Shown: piece after piece, positions 1 to 10,548 of the stretch | How the letters are laid out: every line of letters starts with the position of its first letter | How positions within the stretch are numbered: the stretch's first letter is position 1 | NCBI GenBank assembly: GCA_001662655.1 | Contig: KV460233.1 | Strand: one strand, 5' to 3' | Length of the DNA stretch: 64,000 bases | Source: Pseudogymnoascus verrucosus | Taxonomy: Eukaryota | Notes under the pieces: model-generated | Databases searched by the model: none | What the model saw: only the letters and a program-made list of their open reading frames with translations | What the model was told of the DNA's origin: nothing | Program-made: the position numbers and the translations under genes

Positions 1-32
1 GCTCCATCCTTCCCACACCAACCGCCCCATCC

Positions 33-3000
33 CTAATTAAACCCCAAACCGCTCCGTCTCCTCCTACTCCTACTCCCACCCCCACCCTCATCATCCTCCA
101 TATCCTTCTCCTTCCCCTTCCCCTTCTGCTCCCCCCTCCCCTTTTCCGTCGTCCAATTCCGCATACTAAACACCCTCTTCAACCTCGATATCTTCTTCTC
201 ATCCATCGGGCCCTCGTCTTCCGAATCCTCTTCCGCTTCCGAGACCGCAGGAGGGCTGGTAGCAGGCGCGTCTTCGTCGTCTAGGGTTCGGGAGAAGGGT
301 GATGCGAGTTTTAGTCCTGCGGGTGGCAGATCCCAGGTCTCGATTTCGTCGAGGGTAATGGAGGCGTCGATGGGTATTTGAGGTCCTAGTCCTGGGTAGG
401 GGGGGTGGCTGGGAACCTCGTCATCGTCGTGGTCTGGGGTCGCTTCTGGGTCCCAGAGCGGCACAGGAGATGGTGGGTCTGGTGTATCAAATGGGCTGGG
501 TCCAGGAGCAACGTCGTGCTCCGTTCTGTGCCTAGGAGCGTCGGTCCCGCTAATCGGTCTCTTAGCGGCGGCGCGTCGTGCGGCTGCCAGCCTGTCTCCT
601 ATCCTTGGCTCGGGACGGGGAAGCGTCGGACGGGTGGTGGGATTCGTGGTTTGGGGAGGGGTGTCGATGGTGCTGTCAGAGATGGGGTTCCATTCGTAGT
701 TGCGAGGCGTGCTCTCCTGAGTGACGCGGATCTTTCTGGGGCGGGAGACGTGGGAGCTGAGGCGCTCAGACATGCTGCGGACTAACCCCTTTGTTTCGCG
801 GGATTCTCCTGATCGAGGTTCGCTGGCATCGAACAGTCGGGAGTTGTGGTTTATGACAGTAACATCGCGGTCGGTGGGCTTCTCTACTTCGTTCTGGTGC
901 TTGGTCTCTTGAACTAAGGAGTGCATTGCATCGAGAAAACTAAGGGTCTCTGGGCGTATCGACTGATCTGGAGATCCGTCGTCCTTGTCCTCATCGTCTC
1001 GGTCCGATGGCGTGGAAGACGTACCAAACTCAATGGTAGACACATCTGAACGATCGTTGTCGGGGTCAAGGGGTGAGCGGGATGGCACAGGAGGTGAGCT
1101 GGGTGCGGGACCGACGTCGTGCATTGTAGTGTGGTCATGAGGGGACGTCTGGCTCTCCAGTTGTTTAGCGGCGCGTGCGGCATCCCACTGTTGATTTTCA
1201 GCGACTACGGCTTCTAGCTTTGCTTTGGCACGGGCAAGCGCCCGACGGGCGGCGGTATTCTTAGCTTTAAGGAGGGTGTCATCAATAGGGGAGTTCTGGT
1301 TCTCCAGTTGGTTAACCAACGCGGCATCCCGCAATCGACTTTCAGCTATTGCGACGTCTAGCTTTGCACTGGCACGGGCAAGCGATCGACGGTTGAGGGC
1401 ATCATCAGCTTCAAGGCGAGCTTCAACATCGGCGTCGTCCATGGGCTTCCTCCCTTCGTCGCGGTGAGTCGTCTCGAGGGCATCGTAGTTCAGGCCTGAG
1501 CCTATAAACTCTGGCCGCTGGGGAGAAGCCAGATACTCGACCAATCCTGTATCGATGTCTAATGAGTCGGCATCCGAATCATCGTCTGAGGTCATGGACT
1601 TGGCTGATGGCGGACGGGGAGATTCTGCTTCGTGCTCAGGTGCAAATCTGACCGAAGCTTTCGCTTCGCCATGGTTCGTTGTCCGGTGAGTGGTGGGATC
1701 CGTAGTTGGGGGAGGCACCTCGAATCCGCTGTCGTCGACGGGCTTCTTCCCGTCGTTTGGGTTCTGTGCCTCCTCTCCCTTAGATTCTGCCTCCAAATCC
1801 CTCGCCACAGTCGCCTTTCTATCTTGCATTTTTGACCAGGCCTCATATGTCTTTCGTCGTGCCTCAGCCCCATCATCGTCGACGCGCTTCTTCACGTCGT
1901 CGTGAGAGGTATGGCCCATGTTTTGGGGAACGGTAGACGGGTCTAACACGACATTGTTCCGGTGCGAGGGTGTGATCGACGAGGCCGAGGGACCTGGAGC
2001 ATCGTCATAGGTGGGCTTTTCCTCATCGATTGAGTTATCCCGCGGCTTAAAGGGCATCCCCGCTTCGTAGAATAGCTCCCCCCCCAACTCTCTAACAGCC
2101 CCCTCCTTAATCGCCCACTCCAACAGCCCGCCTCCTTCCTCGGTCCATCCTCCCTCCTCCTCCCCCTTAGCTACCGCATCCCAATGCTTCGCCACATGTT
2201 CCATCCTCTCATCCCACGCCACGCTCCCCATCCAATTCCATTCCTCTATACACCCCGGCGCCGGACAGCGTATCTCCTGAATAAGGCTCCTGCCCGGCTG
2301 TTCCCCCCTCTTCGCCAGCGCCGCTACATGATCACCCGGGACCTCGTGCACCCACTTCAGATGTCCCTCGAGGAGGTCATCCGTGTCAAATAGGGGCCTA
2401 GGGCACGGTTTGAGAGGGCATTTCCAGTAGACGAAGCCCATGTGATTGTTAGCGACATGGCGCTTCCAATAGTCCTTTAAAGTGAACACTGAGGAACAAC
2501 CGGCGAAGGCAAAGGTGCATGGGAATGTGGTTGTAGTGATAGGTGCGGTGGAGGTAGTGCGGGAAGAATGAGGGTTGAAATAGGCAGAGGATGAAAGGGG
2601 TGGGCGAGCAGAGTAATTATTTCTTGGTAATCTTTTGTTATCGATTTTCGCGGATTGGTGGGAAGCGTTGGTGTTGCGCTCCGTGGCGGGCGAGGTGTCC
2701 ATACTGCTTCGGGGAATCGTATGCGGGTTTAGAACAACATCGTCGTCAAAGACAGACGAAGTGGCGGATGATGGTCGGAGGGGGTCTCCAGGTACGTCCT
2801 CAGTGCCAGGCTCATCCTCGTCCCGTGGTTCCCTCATGGTTATGTTGTCGGCCTTGTACAGCCCGATGTCCGGCACTCTCCAACCGCGCTCGTCGTCAGC
2901 TTCATCCTTCTTACGGTCCTCCGTTGAGGAGCCAGCGATGGTGTGAGGCTCAGGGTTAGGTAACGGTGTTCCCCCCATCTCTTTAATTGCGTCTGTAATG

Positions 3001-6000
3001 TTCGCTGGTTGCTCTTTGGCTATAAACCCAACATGCATATTAGTTGATATAAATCGAACATCCCTTATAACCCCCTGTACAAACTCTTCTGCTGGTAGTC
3101 TATTTTTAAATCGCGGTACTACCATATTTCTAGGCCGGGAAAGCTTTCCGTCTTCATCTATAGTAGGTTCTTCCTCTTTAAGGATTTTGTCGACCTTTCG
3201 GGCAATTTCTAAGCATGATATAAGTCTCTGCTTTAAGGCTTTTAGGGTAGCGTCGTCTAGTTCATGTTCCTTGACTTCAGATGTCTTAAGGAAGCCGAGA
3301 ACTGATTCCAAACGTTTAGCTTCCTCGAGGAATGCTTCGGGTGGGTCAATGAAACTGTGGAGGGCGTCCCATTTTTGTTGTATTCCGTCAGCTACAACTT
3401 TCAGAAGTTCGATGAAAGCGAGCGTCTGCTCCAAATTAATTTCATGTCTAGTCGGTATACGCGGCTGCTCTAGCATCGGCGCGCCTTTGCCCTCGCGCCT
3501 CTCGCGCACGTCGCCACCCTCTTCCATTATATCTGCTCGTGAAGCTAAGAGGGCAGCCGAGCTTCCAACTTCAACCTCATCTTCGTGCAAGAAGTTCATG
3601 ATGGATGACCAGGACTGGTCGTCCGTCAGGAGCTTCTTCTCTGCCCTGGCTAGCCGACTCATCAGCTCTGGCCTATCCTTATCATACCCATGATCCTTCA
3701 TAGTACTGCTCAGCAGCCTCAGAAACAGCGCCACATGTGGATATAGCAGATTCTTCCACGAGTCATCCCCTTGCAGCTTCCCCTTCTGTAGTGACTTAAC
3801 CGCATTCGAGTAAAATATCAACACCAAGTCCTCCACACGCCTGTCCTTCTCCATGCGCCTCCTAAACGCCGCCTCTGTGAACGCCGTATACGCTTCCGCA
3901 AAGCTCCTCTTCACTGCCGGATCACTATACCCCGGCAACCGCTCCTTCATCGTAAGCACGCCCGTCATCCGCTTCTCCAGCGCCCCCATAAAGCCATGCG
4001 GCAGCAGCTGGGCACTTTTTAACGACCCGACCCTAGGCGAGAAGCCACCCCTTTCCTCAAAAGGCTCACTTGCCGGGGTTATCGCCTCGGGGCTAAGAAT
4101 CAGGGGATCTATCTTCGTTCCGCGCGCGTCGCCGGGAATTTTCTCCTTTTGGAGGTCATGACTCTCCTGTTGAGTCTGTCGCAGCTGTGCTAGCTTGCGT
4201 TTGTAAGAGCGCTCAAACTCCGAGTTATTGCCCTCATCATCTCCATCAGACACATCCTCCTCAGGCTCTGGCGATGGTGGCGGTATGCGTTTGATTCTCC
4301 TCTCGTCGCGTGCATCGTCTTCAACTCCTCGTGCAGCTTAGTAGTGTTAGTGAATTTCTACAAAGGCTGACAAACAAGGGATAATGAACTCACCGCGAAT
4401 CTTCGCTGTTGCATCAGCATATGCCTGTATCTCCTCTTTACTCAATACTCTCAGCACAATCACGAAGTCATCTCTAGCCTCGTATCTCTCCCTACCATCG
4501 TCTAGCGCTTCGGGATTCACAAGGAGACGGTTTATCTTTGTCCAGCGTGCATCTGGCGGGGGTGCTCCTTCGGCACGCGATGGACGAACATACATCCCGT
4601 CATTTAGCTCGTCTCTAAGAAACGCGACACCCTCACGGGTGGGGCTTGGGTCCTCAGGGAACTTGTTGCGGCCGGTCTTGAGAATACCCTTGATGGGGCG
4701 TTCATCAATTATGACTGGGCCATTAATCGGTGTATAGCGTGTAGTATCGGCGGAGTCACGTTGACTAGCAATTAATTTAGACAGCTCTGATGTTTCATGT
4801 CCCACTTTGGAACCATCTTCTAGGCCTATGTCCTGTATATTGTTGGTATCCTGAGAGTTCTTGGGCGATTCTGGTCTCTGTTCCTGCTCGTCATCGCTAG
4901 ATAATCCGCTGCTGGATCTCGCGTTGTCAGCAGTGAGCGTGTGAGATTCTATAGATAGAGGGGAGATCAGTTCGTCTTGGTCGCGTCCGTTTTTGCGCAG
5001 GCGGCCTCTCGCATGGAGCTCAAGTGTATGATTTATTTCCTCTTCAACGCTCTGGCCGGAAGATACTAGCCGCAATTTATCCTCTCGGTACTGTTTTTTG
5101 CTACCCCAGCCTAATGTTTTTTGACTAACCAGGCCTAATCGAGTACTTTTCTTATATCTGTCTAAGAAAGTCGAGGCGTCTTCGAATAGCCGCTGGCATC
5201 TCGTATCAATTTGCTCAATAAATAGAACGATAGAGGGATCCAGGACGCCCTCTCGTAGCATAGCGATGAGTCTCGTAATAGATACGCATATGCCTGGGAA
5301 TATCCGCTTTAGTATAACTAGTGCGTTTGACTTGACCTTGCCTTCGGTAGCTATATCCTGCAATCGTTGTTGGATCGGCTGGGCTTTAGTTAACAACGAA
5401 GTTAGAGTAGCGATTAGAAAAGGGGCACTATCTCGTGTCGGCGATACGCCATCCTCAGCCGGTTTAGATGTTTCAAATTTATTGAGATCCATCGTCGAAA
5501 GAATAGAACTTGTTCTGTTAACTATACTGTCTGGGCTGCTATCTCGTATCGGAGAAGTAGCCTCTTCAGCTGAATCGGATGTTCGGGATCTGTCAAGGTC
5601 CATCGTCGAGAGCCTAGGACCTGTCCTGTTGACCACGCTGTCTGGACTACTATCTCGTGAGGGAGAGAGTTCTCCATCTGCTTGGTTTCGTTCGCGTCCA
5701 TCTTCTAGGCCTTGGTTGGAAAAACCAGCATCCATACCAAGCCTAGGGTGGGAGGAATCCAATGCAAAGTCAACTGCATATTCCTGAAGAATGCTGTCCA
5801 ATCTTTCCATTTGGAATATAAGCTCCGATGCACACTCTTGGAAGTCGTCTCCGTCGTCTGAGGCCACGAATTCCTTTAATTCTGTCAAAAGCCTTGGAAT
5901 AGTTTTAAAAACTGCTTTAAATTGGAGATCGACGTTGAGCTTATCCAATATCTCAGTCGGTAAGTTCACAATGCTTATCATCTGACGGTGTAATTTGTCG

Positions 6001-7819
6001 ACACCAGGAAAATATGCGTCACTGAAAACTGTCGACGAAATTCCTTGTGTCATCTTGACAAGCGTTTCAATTTCAGCTTTCTTGTCCTCGCTAGCAAATG
6101 CGTAAGATATGTCTGAAACTTCTGACTGGTCAGACCTGGCAATTGCGTGGTCAGAGATATTGGAGTTCTCAGGAGATTCTTCGTTTTCGTTGCCTTCAAC
6201 ATCTCTAGGCAATGCAAATGCCGCAAACCGCTCTAGATGATTTGCCAGGTGATTTTCCAGGCCATATGACGAACCGGCGTCCACGAAACAGATTGGGCAT
6301 ATTGTCCTGGAGTCAGGCCGAACAGTCTCGCAGATGGCGAGCAAATCGTCTAGGCCCATTCGCTGTAGAGACTCATGGTTTTCAGCCAATAGATGCCGCT
6401 TTAAATCATCTTGCGTTAAGAAGTGTGTCGAAGCATGCTCCGGACATTGCCAAGCTTTTTGGTGGGTGCGTTCATGGTTCAGCCATTCCTGTTTGGTTGC
6501 AAAGAGCTCATCCGGCTGTTGACAATGTTTATGAGTGCACATATAGGGCCTTAGATCCCGTAGCAAGTGTGTCCTAACTCTGTCAGTGCGGCTCTAAACC
6601 TAGAAACTATATTAACTATACATACCTCCAAGCACGTGGCATCTGATAATGCGGAGGACATATCATTAAGCAATAGGGGCATTCGAAATCTTTGCCTTTC
6701 TTGATGTCTTTTGGCAACTTAGGAAATTCAATCCTGCTGCCATCCAGACCACGGGCAGTTGTAGCATATGAGGTAACAGACTGGTTACCATCAGGCACAT
6801 TGGCCGGAGTAATGAAGAGGGTTGCAGTAGTTTCGGTGAGTGTGGTTTTAGGCCTAGAAGATTCCGTTTGAGCTTTGCCAATGACTGGCAACGAAGCACG
6901 CGGGCCGGCAACGGATTCCCTCATTTCATCTCCCTTAAGATGCACAGTTGGTGCGGGCTTAGGGATTTTCAAAATCTCCTTCTCAGCATGGAAACCAAGC
7001 TTTTTCCTATGATGCTTCCAATAAAGGAACTGTTGCCTTCTACGGGTTATACCCTGGGCAAGCCTTTTGATCATAGCCAGATCGCCATCGTCAAGAGTTG
7101 GACAGTTCGCATACTGATCCTGCGCATTTCGACGTAGCTGTGAAAACAGATCTTTCGTGAAGGCCAAGTCCACTGGAGCAAATTGTTGCACAACGTCAAC
7201 TCCAGTCTCTTTGTCGATCAGCTTATAAGACAGAGCTTTCAATGATCTAGAGTGCGATGCCGGCGCTCGTATTGAACGAGACAGGCGATAAAGGTTGTCA
7301 TTAATATTAGATAACGCAGACACTCGTCGACGCAGCTCGCTAGGGGCTAATTTCTCATCATCGCTGTCCGAGGAGCTGTCAGAGCTCGACTCGCTATCGC
7401 TAGACAACGAGGACGTGTCCGAGTCGTCCACGTGGCCCGCACGTGAAGATATTTGCGCTTCATATGGAAGTCTTGCGCCGGATAAGACTAGGCACACTAT
7501 TTTCAAATTAGAAAAGCTAGCATTCGTTAGGAAGAGGGGACCTACTTTGATGGAGCTCTTGCTGTAATTCATTAAGGAGCTTCAGAGCCCCTTCCAGAAC
7601 CAAAGGCGCATCACGAAGCCTGTAATCAAGCGAGCTGTGCCCTCTCGAAAGAGCGCCAATATTAGCCGCCCATAATCGAAATCTACCAAACTCGTCTTCG
7701 ATATCAGCATCGGGAACTTGCGCCGCAAACTCCGGTTTCGCCGCCTGGAGGTGGCTCCGAAGAGCTCCAAATGCTTCCAGGCATGACGAGGTTGCGACAT
7801 GCGCTTCCGAAGCCGACAT
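33..7819 (-). CDS. Large mosaic C2H2 zinc-finger protein, ~2542 aa; complement join(7546..7819, 6626..7496, 4394..6573, 33..4336)
   Basis: Four ORF-track segments join in frame through three short GT-AG introns (7497..7545, 6574..6625, 4337..4393) with CTAAC/CTGAC-type branch sites; total 7629 nt. N-terminal 'RFRLWAANIGA...SSLDYRLRDAP' domain, zinc-finger cluster 'FECPYC...HLLRDLRPYMCTHKHC...WLNHE...CPICF...HLANHLERFAAFALP', and a second C2H2 module at ~2090-2530. Confidence 0.75.
1130..1395 (-). repeat. Intragenic tandem duplication, 144-bp (48-aa) period, 2 copies
   Basis: ggcacgggcaagcg at 1227 and 1371; peptides RRSLARASAKLDVAIAES..QLENQNSP and RRALARAKAKLEAVVAEN..QLESQTSP. Confidence 0.8.
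5425..5670 (-). repeat. Intragenic tandem repeat, 111-bp (37-aa) period, ~2.2 copies
   Basis: tatctcgt at 5429, 5540 and 5651; peptide SPxRDSSPDSxVNRTxxxLSTMDL repeated. Confidence 0.85.
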
Positions 7820-8148
7820 GATTTCTCCTTGTCGTCAAGGCCGGCCTCCACTACTAGAGAGCTCCATAAACAGATCACAAGTATGGCAACAGAAGTCAGT
7901 TTTCAGCCGCGAGCGACGATGAAGTATTTTGGTAGTTGGAGGGGTTGCGTGGGATCAACAACCCTGTTGGTGCATGGACGCTTAGTTCAGCCGCAGCCTC
8001 ATCTTGGATTGTGACCACGCACGAAAAACCCCACACTTCAACACTCAGTAGTAAACGACAGAATGACTCTTATTGACTCCTGTGTTCTGTCGCTGTTCTT
8101 GTAAGCCATTAGAGGTTGGCAGCGGCATCTAGCAGCCGTGCCAGCACC
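7820..8148. promoter_or_regulatory. Short divergent (probably bidirectional) promoter region
   Basis: 329 bp separate the two outward-facing ATGs at 7819 (-) and 8149 (+). Confidence 0.5.
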
Positions 8149-10242
8149 ATGAGTGGTGTCGAGGTCGCCGGCATAATCCTTGCTGTTCTACCCCTCTTCA
8201 TCTCCGCTCTCGAGAACTACGAGAATGGACTGGACCCCGTGCGGGCATTTTTTGAGTTCGACTCAGAATGGCCAAATCAGATCCGGAAGCTCCGGGACCA
8301 GCATATCAATTATAACCTCACGATGAAGGGTCTGCTCTTGTCCGTCGCTGATGGCGAGGATGTGGATGAGATGATATCTGATCCGGGCGGTGCCTGCTGG
8401 AAAAACATCGGCATGCAGATAAGGCTCGAGGAGAGACTGGATGAAGCGTACCAGGCATATCTTGATGCGATCAAGCATATAGAGGAAATCATGAAGACTA
8501 TTGCGAAAGACCTCAAAATCGACCATGGTGATAGGGTAAGTTGAGCATTTCTCTCGTACGAATGTGGCTGATACAGATTCAAGACGACACGTGCGGACCT
8601 TCAATCGCTATTGATGAAGGCACCGCGAAAAGACAAACATTTTGAATTTGCGCGGCGTGTAAAGTTCGGCATGAAGCTCAAGAAATTTAAGAGGTTGCTT
8701 GACGATTTGGAAAGCGAGATTCGGAAGCTAGACCAATTCAACGACAAGACGGAACGGTTCGAGCCGTACCGGTCTGCTAAGCCAACGTCTATATTCAACC
8801 CGCCGCTCAATGATATTCGACAATATGCAAAAAACCTGTATGGAGTTTTGTGCGTCGGCGCTGGCTGCTCTCAATCTAAGCATCAGGCAAAGCTGCAGTT
8901 GGAGAAGAGATTGTACCCAAAACGTACGAAAGGTTCTTGGAAGCAATCAAAGGAGATCAACCAGAACACTCGGCCGTGCTTCAGGGTTTCTATGTATGCT
9001 TCTCGTTGGCAAGACGTCGAAGTTCAGATACTCGAAGCGGAATCTTCTGCTGACGAACAACGCTCAAATCAGCCCAAGCATGCCTCGCAACCACAAGGTG
9101 GTGGTTTACCCAGACCCAACTCTTCCACTGGGCCTGTGGCATTGTCGGCGGTGACAGGCAACAAAGGATTACAGTCAATTGAGGAGACCCATATCCTAGT
9201 CGAAAAGCAATCCACCATACATGGTATATCTACGAAGATGTTGATTTCTAGCAAAAAAGGAGTCGGGTATTCCATGAGCATGTCGGCTTCTGTTGGCCCT
9301 CTCCTTAACCAAAGTGCTAGCAAGGTCCAAAGCAGTATCATGAATGGCAAGTCGGTCAAGCCAGGCTCGAAGGCTGTCGGATGGGCCATGTCCGAAGCCC
9401 CGAAAATAACTCTCCATGAATTACCAATCCGCAACTCGAAACCGAACAGCCTGTTGGAGGTAATCGACATATGCTCGGCTATACGGAGATGTAAAACGAG
9501 AAAGATCTGTCTTGGGCTCTGTCTTGACCATGGCGGGACACTCCGCAGGGCACTTTCAATCCCACTACCGGAGAAACAAAGTGAAGAAAAGCCAGCCGAG
9601 GAGGTTCCCGAAAATGAAGCAACCAGCCTGAACAAGCTTCTGATGCCTGATCCGGATCATTATGGACATACTTTGTCTCGAAAAGACCGAATGTCTCTAG
9701 CACTGATACTAGCATCATCGTTTGTACAGCTAGAAGCCACACAGTGGATCCAAGAGTCATGGGGGAAAGAAGACATCGTCTTTGACCGGGCTCCAGATGC
9801 ACCCAAAGACGGCTCCGTCGACCTCAGCAAGCCCTACATCCTACATTCCATCGAAAAACGCACAGCAGACAACAAAACCCGACCTATTGAGAAGTCGCGA
9901 AATTACAGCCTCTTAAGTCTTGGCATCCTCTTGCTTGAGTTATCAACCGGACAGTCTTTCGAGCAGCACTTGTCACGTATAAAGGGCAAAAGCGCTGCCA
10001 GCCTAGACCCCCCTGAAGAATCCATTGAGAGGCTCATGAAACTCTTAGAAGTCAAGAAATGGCTCCTAGCCGTTCAGGATGATTTATCCAGCGGATTCCA
10101 TGGGGCAATCTGGCACTGTGTCAAAAGCTACTTCGACGAAGAATCTGGCAAGACTGAGGACGTCTACCGCCAAGGCGTGTTGGATCAAGTTGTCTTGCCG
10201 TTGCAGGAAGATCTACAGAGCTTCTTAGGCGCCAGAACTTAG
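8149..10242 (+). CDS. HeLo-like N-terminal domain protein with C-terminal kinase-C-lobe-like (DUF7580-type) domain, ~681 aa; join(8149..8535, 8584..10242)
   Basis: N-terminus MSGVEVAGIILAVLPLFISALENY is typical of fungal HeLo/HeLo-like proteins. Intron GTAAGT..gctgat..AAG joins in frame. C-terminus 'RMSLALILASSFVQL...W...DIVF...LLSLGILLLEL...AIWHC...VVLPL'. Confidence 0.7.
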
Positions 10243-10548
10243 TCACACCCAAGGGGAGTGGTCGAACGGTGGTTCAACTCCACCATCGGGGCTCCCGGTG
10301 GCAGCGTCTCTTTCCTACCTACCTAAGGAAACCAAAGACAACTACAACGCCTCTAGTAACAGTCAATAAATATCTTGCAAATAAATTTAGGTATAGCTAC
10401 GCTGGGTATAAATATTTGACAAAATGCCTGGACAATTGCTCGGCAGAATACATATGGATGAAACGAAAATATCCAAACATGAATACGCCAAATGCGCCAA
10501 CAGACAAACCCCCAAGAAACCACATATATCACCAAATCATCAACATCC

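Noticed and set aside
405..6577. Numerous plus-strand ORFs (e.g. 2998..3693, 5266..5787)
   Set aside because: Antisense shadows of the long minus-strand CDS with no recognisable motifs.
33..10242. Classical NLR (NACHT/NB-ARC) or amyloid-signalling locus
   Set aside because: No Walker A GxxGxGK[ST], no WD/ANK/TPR array, and no clear HET-s/PP/sigma-type amyloid motif in either protein.
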